The notes beneath the pieces are model-generated. The model did no database searches and had not been told where the DNA came from. It was given only the letters and a program-made list of their open reading frames with translations. This document shows positions 19,789 to 30,121 of a stretch of DNA of 64,000 nt, one piece after another; within the stretch, counting starts at the first letter, position 1; each line of letters starts with the position of its first letter. Source of the DNA: a virus (Duplodnaviria; Heunggongvirae; Uroviricota; Caudoviricetes); IMG/VR virus record IMGVR_UViG_3300025000_000058. The stretch is one strand, 5' to 3'. The translations under genes and the position numbers were made by a program.

Positions 19789-20373
19789 TTAACAATATTG
19801 TTTATATTTATTACACTCTGCATATCTTGATAAATTATCAAAATATTGCAAAAATTGCTGTTCTACAACATTCATATCTTTATATTCAATTATTGTATTC
19901 AATGCCACATTATTATCTGGTAATGAATTAGCCCACCCATCAATATTACTTGTTAAAGCCAATGCTTCGCATTTTAACATAGCATTATCTACAGATTTAA
20001 CAATATCCCATACTTCTTCAATTGGCTTTTCAATATTGAAAGCTTGCCATATCAATGATTGTAATTGAGATTCATATTGTTCATAGTTCTTAAATGCTGG
20101 TTTAATTGGTCTAGGTATATCACCCAAATATGCTTCAGCACTATCATGTAAAAGCCCATATAATACAATATTTTCATTATATCCCATTTTCTCTAATGCT
20201 TTAGCTACATTGATTGAGTGTTGGGCTACTGAATAAAAGAATTTACAATGTCCATTAAAACGTGTAATCAAAGATAGTGAATGAGCAATATCAATTATTC
20301 TTATATCTTTTAAAGCAACATTAAAAGGATTGAATTTAATACCTGAAATTGTTTCTATCCATGTTGTTTTCAT
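19789..20373 (-). CDS. HD-domain phosphohydrolase (YfbR/phage 5'-deoxynucleotidase-like)
   Basis: IAHSLS..RFNGH, YSVAQHS, LLHDSAEAYLGD; start at 20373 by SD position. Confidence 0.85.
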   Translation of the reverse strand: MKTTWIETISGIKFNPFNVALKDIRIIDIAHSLSLITRFNGHCKFFYSVAQHSINVAKALEKMGYNENIVLYGLLHDSAEAYLGDIPRPIKPAFKNYEQYESQLQSLIWQAFNIEKPIEEVWDIVKSVDNAMLKCEALALTSNIDGWANSLPDNNVALNTIIEYKDMNVVEQQFLQYFDNLSRYAECNKYKQYC

Positions 20374-20392
20374 AATTATTCTCCTTATAATA

Positions 20393-20950
20393 TTAACATT
20401 TCCATGCTTTAGCTTGTTTAATAGCATTAACTATATTTTTAATTTGATTTGCAATTATATCTGTACTTGCTTTTTCACCTTTTATGAATTGGTATTTAAT
20501 ATTAAAATTATCTAACATTTTTCTTAGTTTAATATCATCTTGTTTTGCTTCTTCTTCTGTTTGAAATCTACCATCAGGTTGAAAGGCTTTAACACGATTA
20601 ACAAAATAATTATAATTATTAAATTTGTTAAATTGATTTAACACATGTTGATTAAATATTTTATCTTCTGGCTGATTGTAAAATGCAGATAAAAGAACAG
20701 GAGAATCTGTAACCACTACATCAAGTTTATCTAATAATCGTTTAATATTATAATGTTGTTTGCCAAATATAATATTTTGATCTTTAAATGGTTCTTTTCT
20801 TTCTTCCCAAACCATTGCTTTACACCACTCAGGAACATACTCTACATTTATTTCACCCAACCATTTTAATTCTGCTGAAACATCCCACGCCAAACTTGAT
20901 TTTCCAGCACCACTTCCAGCAAAGAAATTTACTATAATTGTCATAAACAT
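20393..20950 (-). CDS. P-loop ATPase/kinase (NadR-like AAA_28)
   Basis: GSGAGKS Walker A, EYVPEW, VVVTDSP, RFQTEEEA. Confidence 0.75.
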   Translation of the reverse strand: MFMTIIVNFFAGSGAGKSSLAWDVSAELKWLGEINVEYVPEWCKAMVWEERKEPFKDQNIIFGKQHYNIKRLLDKLDVVVTDSPVLLSAFYNQPEDKIFNQHVLNQFNKFNNYNYFVNRVKAFQPDGRFQTEEEAKQDDIKLRKMLDNFNIKYQFIKGEKASTDIIANQIKNIVNAIKQAKAWKC

Positions 20951-21258
20951 TATCCTCCATAGTAATTTTTATTTTTAATAAAATTTATTATTATATCATC
21001 ATTATCAAAATCAGCAATAATTGCACCATAACCTTTTTCATCAACACCAAACAAACCATTTAAAATACCAAGTAAACCTACCTGATAATTATTATCAACT
21101 ACACCCACTTGAACTGTTGGATGTTTTGCTAGTTTCTTATTACATACAACTCTTTGCCCAACTAAATTTGTTATTGCTTTAGGATCAAGTTTTAGTGCAT
21201 CATTTAACAGGCTAATAACATCATCAATATTTACTTGTTTTTTAATAATGTTTTTCAT
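20950..21258 (-). CDS. Hypothetical protein (102 aa)
   Basis: SD present; coupled to neighbouring genes. Confidence 0.6.
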   Translation of the reverse strand: MKNIIKKQVNIDDVISLLNDALKLDPKAITNLVGQRVVCNKKLAKHPTVQVGVVDNNYQVGLLGILNGLFGVDEKGYGAIIADFDNDDIIINFIKNKNYYGG

Positions 21259-21273
21259 AATATAGTACTCCTT

Positions 21274-21864
21274 TTAACTAATTAATTCTTGTAGTGATTC
21301 TCTAATATCTCTGCCATCAATATCATTGCCTAAAACATCCCATCCTTCTGTTTGTTGTCTAGCAAATATTTCAATACGTGGTAAATCACTACATAATTCA
21401 ATAATTTTATCTTTTACTATATCTGGTTTTTTAGAATGTCCTTCAATTGGAGAGTATATTACAGGAGAGTAATCATCTAATGTGTCAATAATTTGGTGTA
21501 CACTTGCAGATATGCGTTTAGGTTTACCTTTTGTTGCAAGTAAACATAATTCTGCATTAGCCCTTGTCCACCTTCCCATTCCCATAAATGGGGTATCTTT
21601 TATTTTATTCTTTTTTACCCACACAAAAGCAACAGTTTTATATTCAAATCCCCATTTATTAATGATAGCAAATACTTCATCTAATTTTGGCATTGTAATC
21701 CATAAAAACAGTATACAATCATCATTCGCTATTTGATTAATAGGTAGATTTGCAATTTCTTTTTGACTCATAACAGGATATTTGCATTCTGCTCCTCTAT
21801 TTCCTGCTTTAGCTTTATCCCTGTAAGTCCAAGGTGGATCAATATAAATGATATTATATTTCAT
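21274..21864 (-). CDS. MT-A70 family adenine methyltransferase
   Basis: IYIDPPW, LFLWIT, WVK, HSKKP and RIEIFAR motifs. Confidence 0.9.
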   Translation of the reverse strand: MKYNIIYIDPPWTYRDKAKAGNRGAECKYPVMSQKEIANLPINQIANDDCILFLWITMPKLDEVFAIINKWGFEYKTVAFVWVKKNKIKDTPFMGMGRWTRANAELCLLATKGKPKRISASVHQIIDTLDDYSPVIYSPIEGHSKKPDIVKDKIIELCSDLPRIEIFARQQTEGWDVLGNDIDGRDIRESLQELIS

Positions 21865-21881
21865 AATACAACTCCTTATAA

Positions 21882-21914
21882 AATTATAGATAAGGAAATT
21901 CCTTATCTATAATT
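21882..21914. repeat. 33-bp near-perfect palindrome downstream of dut (terminator or operator)
   Basis: aattatagataaggaa-a-ttccttatctataatt: 16-bp arms with a 1-nt spacer. Confidence 0.6.
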
Positions 21915-21936
21915 AATATTTTAAATTCACACTAAT

Positions 21937-22626
21937 TTATTTGTTAGTTGAACCAAGTTTCCCTACTCCTCTTTTACTAGGAATTTTAAGTAAATCTTCA
22001 TAGGGAATTACTTTTTCTCTTACTTCAGGAACAAATTCTAAAGCAACTTGGCAAAATGCCTTAGTATATGGGTAATACTGTTTTCCATTTAAAACAATAG
22101 GCTTATCATTTTGTAATTTTTGCTTTGTAATAACAATGGGAATATTTCCTGCATTATTCATTGCAATGAACCATTCACCCCTGTAATTTGAGTCTATTTG
22201 CCCTGCCAAAACAGCCATAGACAATTTTCCTGTTGAACCACGCTCACGTTTGGCATTCATGCGGTATTTAGGGTCAAATGAACTTGCAATACCTGTTCCA
22301 ATCAATTTTGTTTCACCAGGAGCTATTTCAATTTCAAATTCTTCAAAATACGGATATACGTCATAACAACCATTCTCAAATTCCTTAGTAGGAATAATTG
22401 CATCAGGTTTTACTTTAGCAAATAAAATCGTATCTAAAACACGTAATTTATCAATATCCATAAACTTCATAGCTTTTGTTTCAAAACTACGCACACCATT
22501 TTCATCATATACAGGATAACTAATTACCACTTCCAATTGCTCTTTGTTAATGGATTTCACTTTACCTACTTTCTTTTCTTCCTTCATAAAAATCAATTCG
22601 CCAACCTCATAAAATCTTTTTGCCAT
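21937..22626 (-). CDS. dut: Trimeric dUTPase with N-terminal extension
   Basis: ERGSTG, GQIDSNYRGE, CQV and RGVGKLGST motifs. Confidence 0.88.
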   Translation of the reverse strand: MAKRFYEVGELIFMKEEKKVGKVKSINKEQLEVVISYPVYDENGVRSFETKAMKFMDIDKLRVLDTILFAKVKPDAIIPTKEFENGCYDVYPYFEEFEIEIAPGETKLIGTGIASSFDPKYRMNAKRERGSTGKLSMAVLAGQIDSNYRGEWFIAMNNAGNIPIVITKQKLQNDKPIVLNGKQYYPYTKAFCQVALEFVPEVREKVIPYEDLLKIPSKRGVGKLGSTNK

Positions 22627-22868
22627 TTTTAAAATCCTCCTTTTATTCTTGTTTTATTTTTATTATAATTAACTGCTTATAATAAACAGTTAATATTTAT
22701 GAACATAAGATTAATATTTTAAATACTTAGAAAATTCATTAATGTATTTATTAACATTCGTATTAGTTTTGGCAATAATAGTATTAAATTTATTCAGTAC
22801 AATTTTTGTTTGTACTTTATTATTAACTAAACTAAATTGTAAACGCATTATGAATTCCCCCTTGTTAT

Positions 22869-25733
22869 TTAATTACATTTAGAAAAACCACAATTACTAC
22901 AAACAGAACAACCACCATCTGGCAATAATAATTCATTACACTCAGGACATTTTGTTAGATCATTAATTGCAACTTCACTTTCTTCTTCAAGTATAATATT
23001 TTCTTCAATTATTTGCTTAGTATTATTACCATCTTTTAATGCTTTTTGATATTTAATTAATGCTCTTGCTATAGCACTAGGGCAAGATGTTCCTGGTGAA
23101 ACTCTTGTACCTTTACCTTTAGCATATAAATATGCAGGACAACTGCCAACACTATCTAATTGGTCAACTACATCTTCTAAGCTTATACCCCCACGTAATG
23201 CAATACTAATTAATCTTGACATTGCTTGTGTACTTGCTACACAACCACCTTTAGAACCTGTATTAATAAATGTTTCGATTATTTTATTATTACAATCTAC
23301 AAAACACATGAGCCAAATTGCCCCGCACCCTGTAGTTAATTTTAGCCGTTTTCCTTTAGCTTCTTTTTTACTCGTAATAATACTCCCTCTTGCTAATCTC
23401 TTTGTAGTTTTTTCTTTAACTTCTACAATTTCTTTTTTATCTTCAGTATTACCTGTAGACAATACGTTTTCTCTTGAACCATCTCTATATACTGTGACAC
23501 CCTTTAAACCCATTTTCCATGCTTCAATATATACATTACTAACATCATCAACAGTAGCACTCTTAGGTAAGTTTACTGTTTTAGAAAGAGATAGATCAAC
23601 ATGTTTTTGTACAATTGCAACAGTTTTTAAATGTTCCATTGGTGTTAAATCACTAGCAACAACAAAGACTCTTTTAATATCATCAGGTATTTCATCTATG
23701 CCTTGCACAGAACCATTGTTATTAAAAACTTTTTCAATTAATTCTTCACTATAAATATCTAACTCTTTTAATCTATTTTCAAGCACACTATTGACAATAT
23801 AATATATTGTACCATCATTAGCTTTTCTCTTGAAAACTAAAGCAAAATTAGGTTCTACACCAGAACTAGTTTTTGCTATAAAACTAATTGATCCTGTTGG
23901 AGCAATACTTAATAAATTACTGTTTCTAATTAAAATACCCTGCTTTTGCCATACTGAACCTTCGTATGCAGGATAAACACCTTTTTCATTAGCTAAAATA
24001 CAGCTTGTACTAACAGAAACATCATATATATACTTATATAATTCATCAGTTAAGTCATATGCTTCTTGTGAATTGTATGGTATGTTTAACATATAAAGCA
24101 TGTCAGCATATCCCATAGTGCCTAAGCCAATACTTCTAATCATATTAGTTACTTCTTGTATTTTTGGCAAAGGCAGTTTATTAATAGTCACAACATTATC
24201 AAGAAATCTAACAGAGTGTTCTACTAATTCACTTAATTTTTTATAATTAATCGCATTCCCTTCAACCATTTTAGCTAAATTAATTGAACCTAAATTACAT
24301 GAACTATAAGATATATTGACAAATTCTGCACAATTATGAACATATACAGCATTAATTGCTACAGCTTGATTAAGTTTAGGTTCATTGAAGTCCCATACTT
24401 CAACATCACCATATTCTTCAATATTAGTAACTTTAACATTAGTTAATCCATCATCACATAATAACTCTTTGCCTAATAAATCTTTTGCTTCGCACCAATT
24501 TTCATTAGACAATTTGAATTTATGATCAGGTGTAACAATATACTCACAATTATTATTTGTATTAACTTTAATTGTATATTTTACTCCAGTTTTCCAACTT
24601 GTTGCAGGAGTAAATTCTTCCCCATTCCATATATCGGATTTTAATTCACTAATTTTTTCATAACCATTTTCAGTTAAGAGCAATGTATCTTTGTGTAAAC
24701 ATGGATTAGAACCAATAATTCTACCTAAATGTGGATTCATATTAGCTTTGTCCATTGTATCTCTAAAGCTAACACCTGGCTCACCTGTTCTCCATGCACA
24801 CTCTACTAAATGATTCCATAATTCTTTTGCCTGAATAGGTTTATGAACTTTTCCATTAAAATTTAAATCCCACCATTTACCTTTTAGCAATGCATTCATA
24901 AAATCATCGCTTAAAGAAACAGAAATATTCATATTTTTATAATTTTCTGTATCATCTTTGCAATGAATAAATTCAATTATTTCAGGGTGATGATCATTTA
25001 AATCTATTTTCAATGCACCTTTTCTTCTACCACCTTGTTTAACTGTTTCAACAATCTTATCATAAATACCCATAAATGATACTACACCACTAGCATAACC
25101 ATTGCTTGTTAAAACAATATCATCTTTTGGACGTAATGGACTTATATTAAATCCTACTCCTCCACCACTTTTAAATACAATTGACATGTCTTTTGCGAGA
25201 TCCATAATACTTTCCATACTATCTTCAATCTCTAAAATAAAACAACTGCTTAATTGTTGTAGTGTAGTGCCAGCGTTAAATAAAGTTGGAGAAGAGGGTA
25301 TAAATTCCATTTTCATCATCATATCTTTAAATATTTTTTCATATTTAACTTTTAATTTTTTATCTGTTTCTGCATTAGCTATATTCGCTGATACTCTTTT
25401 GCAAACATCTTCCCATGTATGTTCGATTAATTCATTGTTCATATCTTTTAAGAAATATCTTTTCACCAATAAATCTTGTACATTTTTATCAATAATGATA
25501 TTACCATTAATAATATTATTAATATCATTAATTAATAAATCATCAATATCACTAGATTTTGAATGTACATGTGTATTAACATTGTATATAGAATAACCTG
25601 GGGTGTAAGGATCGTCAATGAATTTGACTACATATTCATTATTCAATTTCCATTCAGAACCGTTTTTAACCTCATGTAATTTTTTAACAATATCTACTTT
25701 ACGCAGATATTTAATAATGTCAGTATTATTAAT
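22869..25733 (-). CDS. nrdJ: Class II (B12-dependent) ribonucleotide reductase with intein and C-terminal TSCPD/zinc-ribbon domain
   Basis: PSSPTLFNAG, SSCF, GGGVG, NP|CAE, CNLGSINL, APTGSIS, SKTVNLP and VTVYRDGSR motifs. The frame extends to an ATT at 25733 behind a strong SD; the track starts it at TTG 25646. Confidence 0.92.
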   Translation of the reverse strand: MNNTDIIKYLRKVDIVKKLHEVKNGSEWKLNNEYVVKFIDDPYTPGYSIYNVNTHVHSKSSDIDDLLINDINNIINGNIIIDKNVQDLLVKRYFLKDMNNELIEHTWEDVCKRVSANIANAETDKKLKVKYEKIFKDMMMKMEFIPSSPTLFNAGTTLQQLSSCFILEIEDSMESIMDLAKDMSIVFKSGGGVGFNISPLRPKDDIVLTSNGYASGVVSFMGIYDKIVETVKQGGRRKGALKIDLNDHHPEIIEFIHCKDDTENYKNMNISVSLSDDFMNALLKGKWWDLNFNGKVHKPIQAKELWNHLVECAWRTGEPGVSFRDTMDKANMNPHLGRIIGSNPCLHKDTLLLTENGYEKISELKSDIWNGEEFTPATSWKTGVKYTIKVNTNNNCEYIVTPDHKFKLSNENWCEAKDLLGKELLCDDGLTNVKVTNIEEYGDVEVWDFNEPKLNQAVAINAVYVHNCAEFVNISYSSCNLGSINLAKMVEGNAINYKKLSELVEHSVRFLDNVVTINKLPLPKIQEVTNMIRSIGLGTMGYADMLYMLNIPYNSQEAYDLTDELYKYIYDVSVSTSCILANEKGVYPAYEGSVWQKQGILIRNSNLLSIAPTGSISFIAKTSSGVEPNFALVFKRKANDGTIYYIVNSVLENRLKELDIYSEELIEKVFNNNGSVQGIDEIPDDIKRVFVVASDLTPMEHLKTVAIVQKHVDLSLSKTVNLPKSATVDDVSNVYIEAWKMGLKGVTVYRDGSRENVLSTGNTEDKKEIVEVKEKTTKRLARGSIITSKKEAKGKRLKLTTGCGAIWLMCFVDCNNKIIETFINTGSKGGCVASTQAMSRLISIALRGGISLEDVVDQLDSVGSCPAYLYAKGKGTRVSPGTSCPSAIARALIKYQKALKDGNNTKQIIEENIILEEESEVAINDLTKCPECNELLLPDGGCSVCSNCGFSKCN
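24333..24701 (-). mobile_element. Mini-intein (123 aa, no endonuclease) at the RNR active-site cysteine
   Basis: Block A CLHKDT, block B TPDH, block F VWDFNEP, C-terminal VHN followed by Cys (+1); interrupts NP|CAE. Confidence 0.92.
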
Positions 25734-25764
25734 CTATAATCACTCCTTTATATGTCATTGTATA

Positions 25765-26397
25765 CTAAATTAAATAATTGATAACCAATTTTGTCCATGC
25801 TTCAGATTGACTAATAATATTCTTTAATTCATTTTTATTAACCCAAATACCATCCATTTTATCTTTTTCTTTAATAGCAACTTTATTATATAATTCCATA
25901 ACTACTAATACACCTAAATGCACTTGACTTACTTCGTCTGCTTCACTGTTAATTAAACCAACACAATCTACACTCTTGATATTATCAATATCGCAATCTG
26001 TTTCTTCAAATAGTTCACGATACATTGCATTATAAAAAATATAAGTATTACTATTTACATTGTCAGCATCAGGAGAATCAATATGTCCTCCAATTCCAAT
26101 ACTATATTTATTATGTAGTCTAATTTCTGTTTGTGTGTTTTTCCTAAATGTTAAAAGAAATTTTTCTTCATTGTCTATAATTGTTTTTAATACGATATAT
26201 GGGATAATTTGCTTATAATTGCTGTCATGTTCTGCTTCTTCCCTATTTTTCATAAATCCATTATTAAATAACTTAGTAAATTCGTTTTTTAAATTAGGAC
26301 GAACAATTAAACCATATAAATTTTCAATCCCTTCAATATCATAGTAACAGTGATTAAAAAAATCACTTTTATTAATTACAAATACTTTTTTAGACAT
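25765..26397 (-). CDS. NUDIX-family hydrolase
   Basis: KQIIPY, SIGIGGHID, AMYRELFEET (Nudix box), VHLG. Confidence 0.8.
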   Translation of the reverse strand: MSKKVFVINKSDFFNHCYYDIEGIENLYGLIVRPNLKNEFTKLFNNGFMKNREEAEHDSNYKQIIPYIVLKTIIDNEEKFLLTFRKNTQTEIRLHNKYSIGIGGHIDSPDADNVNSNTYIFYNAMYRELFEETDCDIDNIKSVDCVGLINSEADEVSQVHLGVLVVMELYNKVAIKEKDKMDGIWVNKNELKNIISQSEAWTKLVINYLI

Positions 26398-26420
26398 ACA
26401 ATATATAACCTCCTATGATG

Positions 26421-28094
26421 TTAATATTTTAAATTTATTAAATCAATTTTAGATTTATTCTTGTCACTCAATTTATAATCAATCAATATACCTTGCTTAG
26501 ATACAACATTTTCCCTTGTACCCCAATTAAAGAATGAGTTTATTGATAAATTACAAATCACATCAATTAAATCACCCTCTTTAACTTCTTCAGCAAAATC
26601 TTCTGTTGTTCTAAATTTTAATATGTCTAATTTGTTTTCACAAACAAACTTTACTGTATCCTTTACTTTTGTTTTGCCAAGTAATTTTCTTTCAATTACT
26701 TCAACATCTTTTATTAATACTTTTGTGTTGTAGGCATCTTTACCTGCTAACATATTGAATTTCATTATATCTTCAATTAGTTTAAATGTAATATCAGATA
26801 ATTTTAATTCAATATCATAATAAACAACTTTTTCTTTAACATTCTTTAATTTTTTATTAAGTTCATTATGAATCTTATCTAAATCTTCTTCTTTAAATCC
26901 AATCCCAAAAGCTCCTTGGTGTCCTTCTAATAAGTGAAATAATCCTGTACTTTCTAAAACCTCTTTAAATTTAATACTTCCAATACCCCTTGCACTTCCC
27001 ATGCAAATACCATTTTTCTTTTTACAAATAATTGTTGGTTTTTGGTATTTCTCAGCAATACCTGTTGCAATTAAACCATTGAATCCTCTTTCATCATCTA
27101 AACCCCCTTCTTCAACAGATATAATTACTGCATTTGAAGTGTCTAAATATGTTTCAATTTTCTTTGTTAATTTTTTTGTAATTTTCTTTCTTTCTTTATT
27201 TAGAGAAATTGCTTCTTTTGCTAATTCTAAGCATCTGCTATAATCATCTTCAAGAAGTAATTCAATCATTATTTCTATCTTGCCAAGTCTGGCACATGCA
27301 TTAATTACAGGAACAATATCAAATCCTATTGTTTGAGTTGACATATTATCTTGATCTATTTTACTTACTTCAAGAATTGCAGATAAACCATAATTCATTA
27401 TGTTGTTTAATGCTTGATATACAAAATAGCGATTCTCCTTTTCTTTCATGCTCATAACGTCACCACTAATTCCAATGCCAGCCATATCAATAAATTCTTG
27501 GTGAGTTTCTTGTGACAACAAATCATCTAATACTTGTACAACTTTAAAAACCATTCCTGCACCGCTTAATTCTTTGTTTGGGTAATTGTCTAACTGATTA
27601 TTCACAATTAATGCATATGGATTATCTTGTGTTTTAGGGTGATGATCTATTATAATGATCTGATTCACACCATCACAGAATAATTCTTTACATACTTCAG
27701 TTTCATTTGTTGAAGAATCAACTACAATTAATAATTGTGTTTCTTCTGGTATGAATTGAACTCCTATACCATGTCCATCGTTACGTTGTCCATAAACATA
27801 ATTGATATTACTTGTAAATTGTTTAAGATAGCGAATTAGTATAGAACCACTAGTAATTCCGTCACTGTCTACATCATAACTAACAGTTATCATTTCTCCA
27901 TCTTCAATTGCTTTTATAATTCTCATACCAACTTCAACAATATTATCAATTGTATAAGGATCATGTACACTTGCTTTTGTGGGCTTTAACCATTCATCTA
28001 AATCTTCAACTCCATAGATATCAGACAATCTTGTTATAATATCATCAAAATCAAAATATTCTCTTTCTGGTTTACGCTCTAACCAAACTGCCAA
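26421..28094 (-). CDS. recJ: RecJ-like ssDNA exonuclease (DHH family)
   Basis: YDVDSDG, IVVDSS, IIDHH, LSGAG and GSARG motifs. Confidence 0.92.
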   Translation of the reverse strand: MAVWLERKPEREYFDFDDIITRLSDIYGVEDLDEWLKPTKASVHDPYTIDNIVEVGMRIIKAIEDGEMITVSYDVDSDGITSGSILIRYLKQFTSNINYVYGQRNDGHGIGVQFIPEETQLLIVVDSSTNETEVCKELFCDGVNQIIIIDHHPKTQDNPYALIVNNQLDNYPNKELSGAGMVFKVVQVLDDLLSQETHQEFIDMAGIGISGDVMSMKEKENRYFVYQALNNIMNYGLSAILEVSKIDQDNMSTQTIGFDIVPVINACARLGKIEIMIELLLEDDYSRCLELAKEAISLNKERKKITKKLTKKIETYLDTSNAVIISVEEGGLDDERGFNGLIATGIAEKYQKPTIICKKKNGICMGSARGIGSIKFKEVLESTGLFHLLEGHQGAFGIGFKEEDLDKIHNELNKKLKNVKEKVVYYDIELKLSDITFKLIEDIMKFNMLAGKDAYNTKVLIKDVEVIERKLLGKTKVKDTVKFVCENKLDILKFRTTEDFAEEVKEGDLIDVICNLSINSFFNWGTRENVVSKQGILIDYKLSDKNKSKIDLINLKY

Positions 28095-28112
28095 ATCATT
28101 TACTACCTCCTT

Positions 28113-28141
28113 ATTATACTATAATATTTTAACTTTGTCAA
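28113..28141 (-). promoter_or_regulatory. sigmaA promoter with AAAATATTA spacer motif
   Basis: TTGACA aagtt AAAATATTA tag TATAAT. Confidence 0.8.
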
Positions 28142-28196
28142 GCTAAATTTTAAATGTGACATTTTATTAAGATTTAGCCGACAAAATGTTTAATAT

Positions 28197-28769
28197 TTAA
28201 ACAAATTTATACTCATTAAATGTTTTAATAAATATGTTAGCTATATTTTTAGCATCGTCAATTCCTCTATGGTGTGTACCATCATGTTTCAAATTTAACA
28301 TTCTAAGTGCTGTTAACATACCAACATGTTTAATTCTTCTATTTTTACAAAATTGATGTTTAACTGAAATATGTTTATCCAACCATTTAATAGGTAAATT
28401 GTGTAATGTGCAATCTTGTACTAATTGTTTCTTATCATAAAATCCCCAAGAACATAGATTGTAATTTATATTGGTATTATGACTATGTATCCAATTTTTA
28501 AAATCAGATATTACTTCATAAAATCCACTTGCAATATCAATATCTTCTTGTTTTATTGTAGTTAATTCTTTACAGAAATCAGATAACACAGGATTCAATT
28601 TAGGTTTTATATATCTATCATATTCATCAATTATTTCTAATTTATCATTGATTTTCACTGCACCAATTTCAATAATTTCAGATTGATATTTATCTCTTAA
28701 TTTATCATCATTCCAACATGTTGCTTCTAAGTCTAAAACAATATAGTGTCTATTTCCTTGTAAACTCAA
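28197..28769 (-). CDS. DEDDh 3'-5' exonuclease (ERI1/KapD-like)
   Basis: VLDLEATC, EIIEIGAV, SWGFYD, HHRGIDDA. Confidence 0.88.
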   Translation of the reverse strand: MSLQGNRHYIVLDLEATCWNDDKLRDKYQSEIIEIGAVKINDKLEIIDEYDRYIKPKLNPVLSDFCKELTTIKQEDIDIASGFYEVISDFKNWIHSHNTNINYNLCSWGFYDKKQLVQDCTLHNLPIKWLDKHISVKHQFCKNRRIKHVGMLTALRMLNLKHDGTHHRGIDDAKNIANIFIKTFNEYKFV

Positions 28770-30097
28770 TTTGTGAACCTCCTTATAATATGTTCTGCTA
28801 AATCTTCATAATTATTTAAATCAGGATTAATTAAAACCATTTCTAATAACCAATTTAACATAACACCAATTTCTTTACCCTGTTTAAATCCTAAAAATAT
28901 TAAATCATCACCATTAATTTCTAAATCTTTCACTGTTAGAGGTTGTTTTTCATTAAGTATTCTAAAACACTCATCAGATAATTTCATAATATTATCAACA
29001 TCTTCTTGTTTTTTATATTTAGAACCTTTAATATCTGCAATTTGCAATTCAAACAAATCATTAAGATTCTCTATACCTACACGATTAATAAACTTCTTTG
29101 TGTTTGCAATTCTTAATTTATCATATCTTGACATATGCTCTTTAACGAGTATTGTTACACCATATATTGTACTATTGTCAAATTTTAAACGCTTTAATAT
29201 TTCTTCTGTCATATCAGCACCTATAATATGATGTTTATAAAAATGACCAATACCATTTTCATCTAAACTAAAACAACAAGGTTTAGCAATATCATGAAGC
29301 AATGCACCCAATCTTATATTTAAAGTCTTTGGCGTTGCATCTAATACAGCCATAATATGATGAAAAACATCTTTATCATGATTGGGATTATATTGTTGAA
29401 ACCCAAAGCAAACACACAATTCAGGAATAATATATTGCAATAAACCAGAATAATATAATAATCTTATGCCTTTACTTGGACTATCATTCATTAATATTTT
29501 GCACAATTCATCTCTGATTCTTTCTTTAGAAATCATTTGTATTAAATATGCATTATTTTTAATAGCTAAAAATGTATCTCCTTCTATAATAAAATTATAT
29601 TGTGAACTAAATCTAATAGCTCTCATAAGGCGAAGTGCATCTTCTTCAAAACGCATATTAGCATTACCTACAGCACGAATTATACCATGTTCAATATCTT
29701 TTAAACCATTATGGTAATCATAAACATTTCTATTTATATCAATAGCAATTGAATTGATTGTAAAATCCCTTCTTGCCAAATCGTCCATTAAATCATTGGT
29801 ATAAAATACTTCTTCTGGATTTCTATTGTCTTTATATTCCCCATCTTTACGCATGGTTGTTATTTCAAAATGTTCACCATTTAAAACAACTGTAACAGTA
29901 CCATGCTTCAATCCTGTATCATATGATTTTGCAAATAAAGATTTTACTTGTTCTGGTGTTGCATCTGTAGTAATATCATAGTCTTTGGGACTTTTATAAT
30001 TAAAAATATTTCTTACTGAACCTCCAACCAAATACCCCTTAAACCCATTAACTTCTAAATGCATAAGTACATATTCTACTGTTTGAGGTATTTCCAT
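28766..30097 (-). CDS. cca: CCA-adding tRNA nucleotidyltransferase (class II, with HD region)
   Basis: LVGGSVR, DYDITT, RRDFTIN, EDALRLMRA, SKERI and LLHDIAKP motifs. Confidence 0.92.
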   Translation of the reverse strand: MEIPQTVEYVLMHLEVNGFKGYLVGGSVRNIFNYKSPKDYDITTDATPEQVKSLFAKSYDTGLKHGTVTVVLNGEHFEITTMRKDGEYKDNRNPEEVFYTNDLMDDLARRDFTINSIAIDINRNVYDYHNGLKDIEHGIIRAVGNANMRFEEDALRLMRAIRFSSQYNFIIEGDTFLAIKNNAYLIQMISKERIRDELCKILMNDSPSKGIRLLYYSGLLQYIIPELCVCFGFQQYNPNHDKDVFHHIMAVLDATPKTLNIRLGALLHDIAKPCCFSLDENGIGHFYKHHIIGADMTEEILKRLKFDNSTIYGVTILVKEHMSRYDKLRIANTKKFINRVGIENLNDLFELQIADIKGSKYKKQEDVDNIMKLSDECFRILNEKQPLTVKDLEINGDDLIFLGFKQGKEIGVMLNWLLEMVLINPDLNNYEDLAEHIIRRFTN

Positions 30098-30121
30098 ATA
30101 TAATCACCTTCTTTTTATTTA

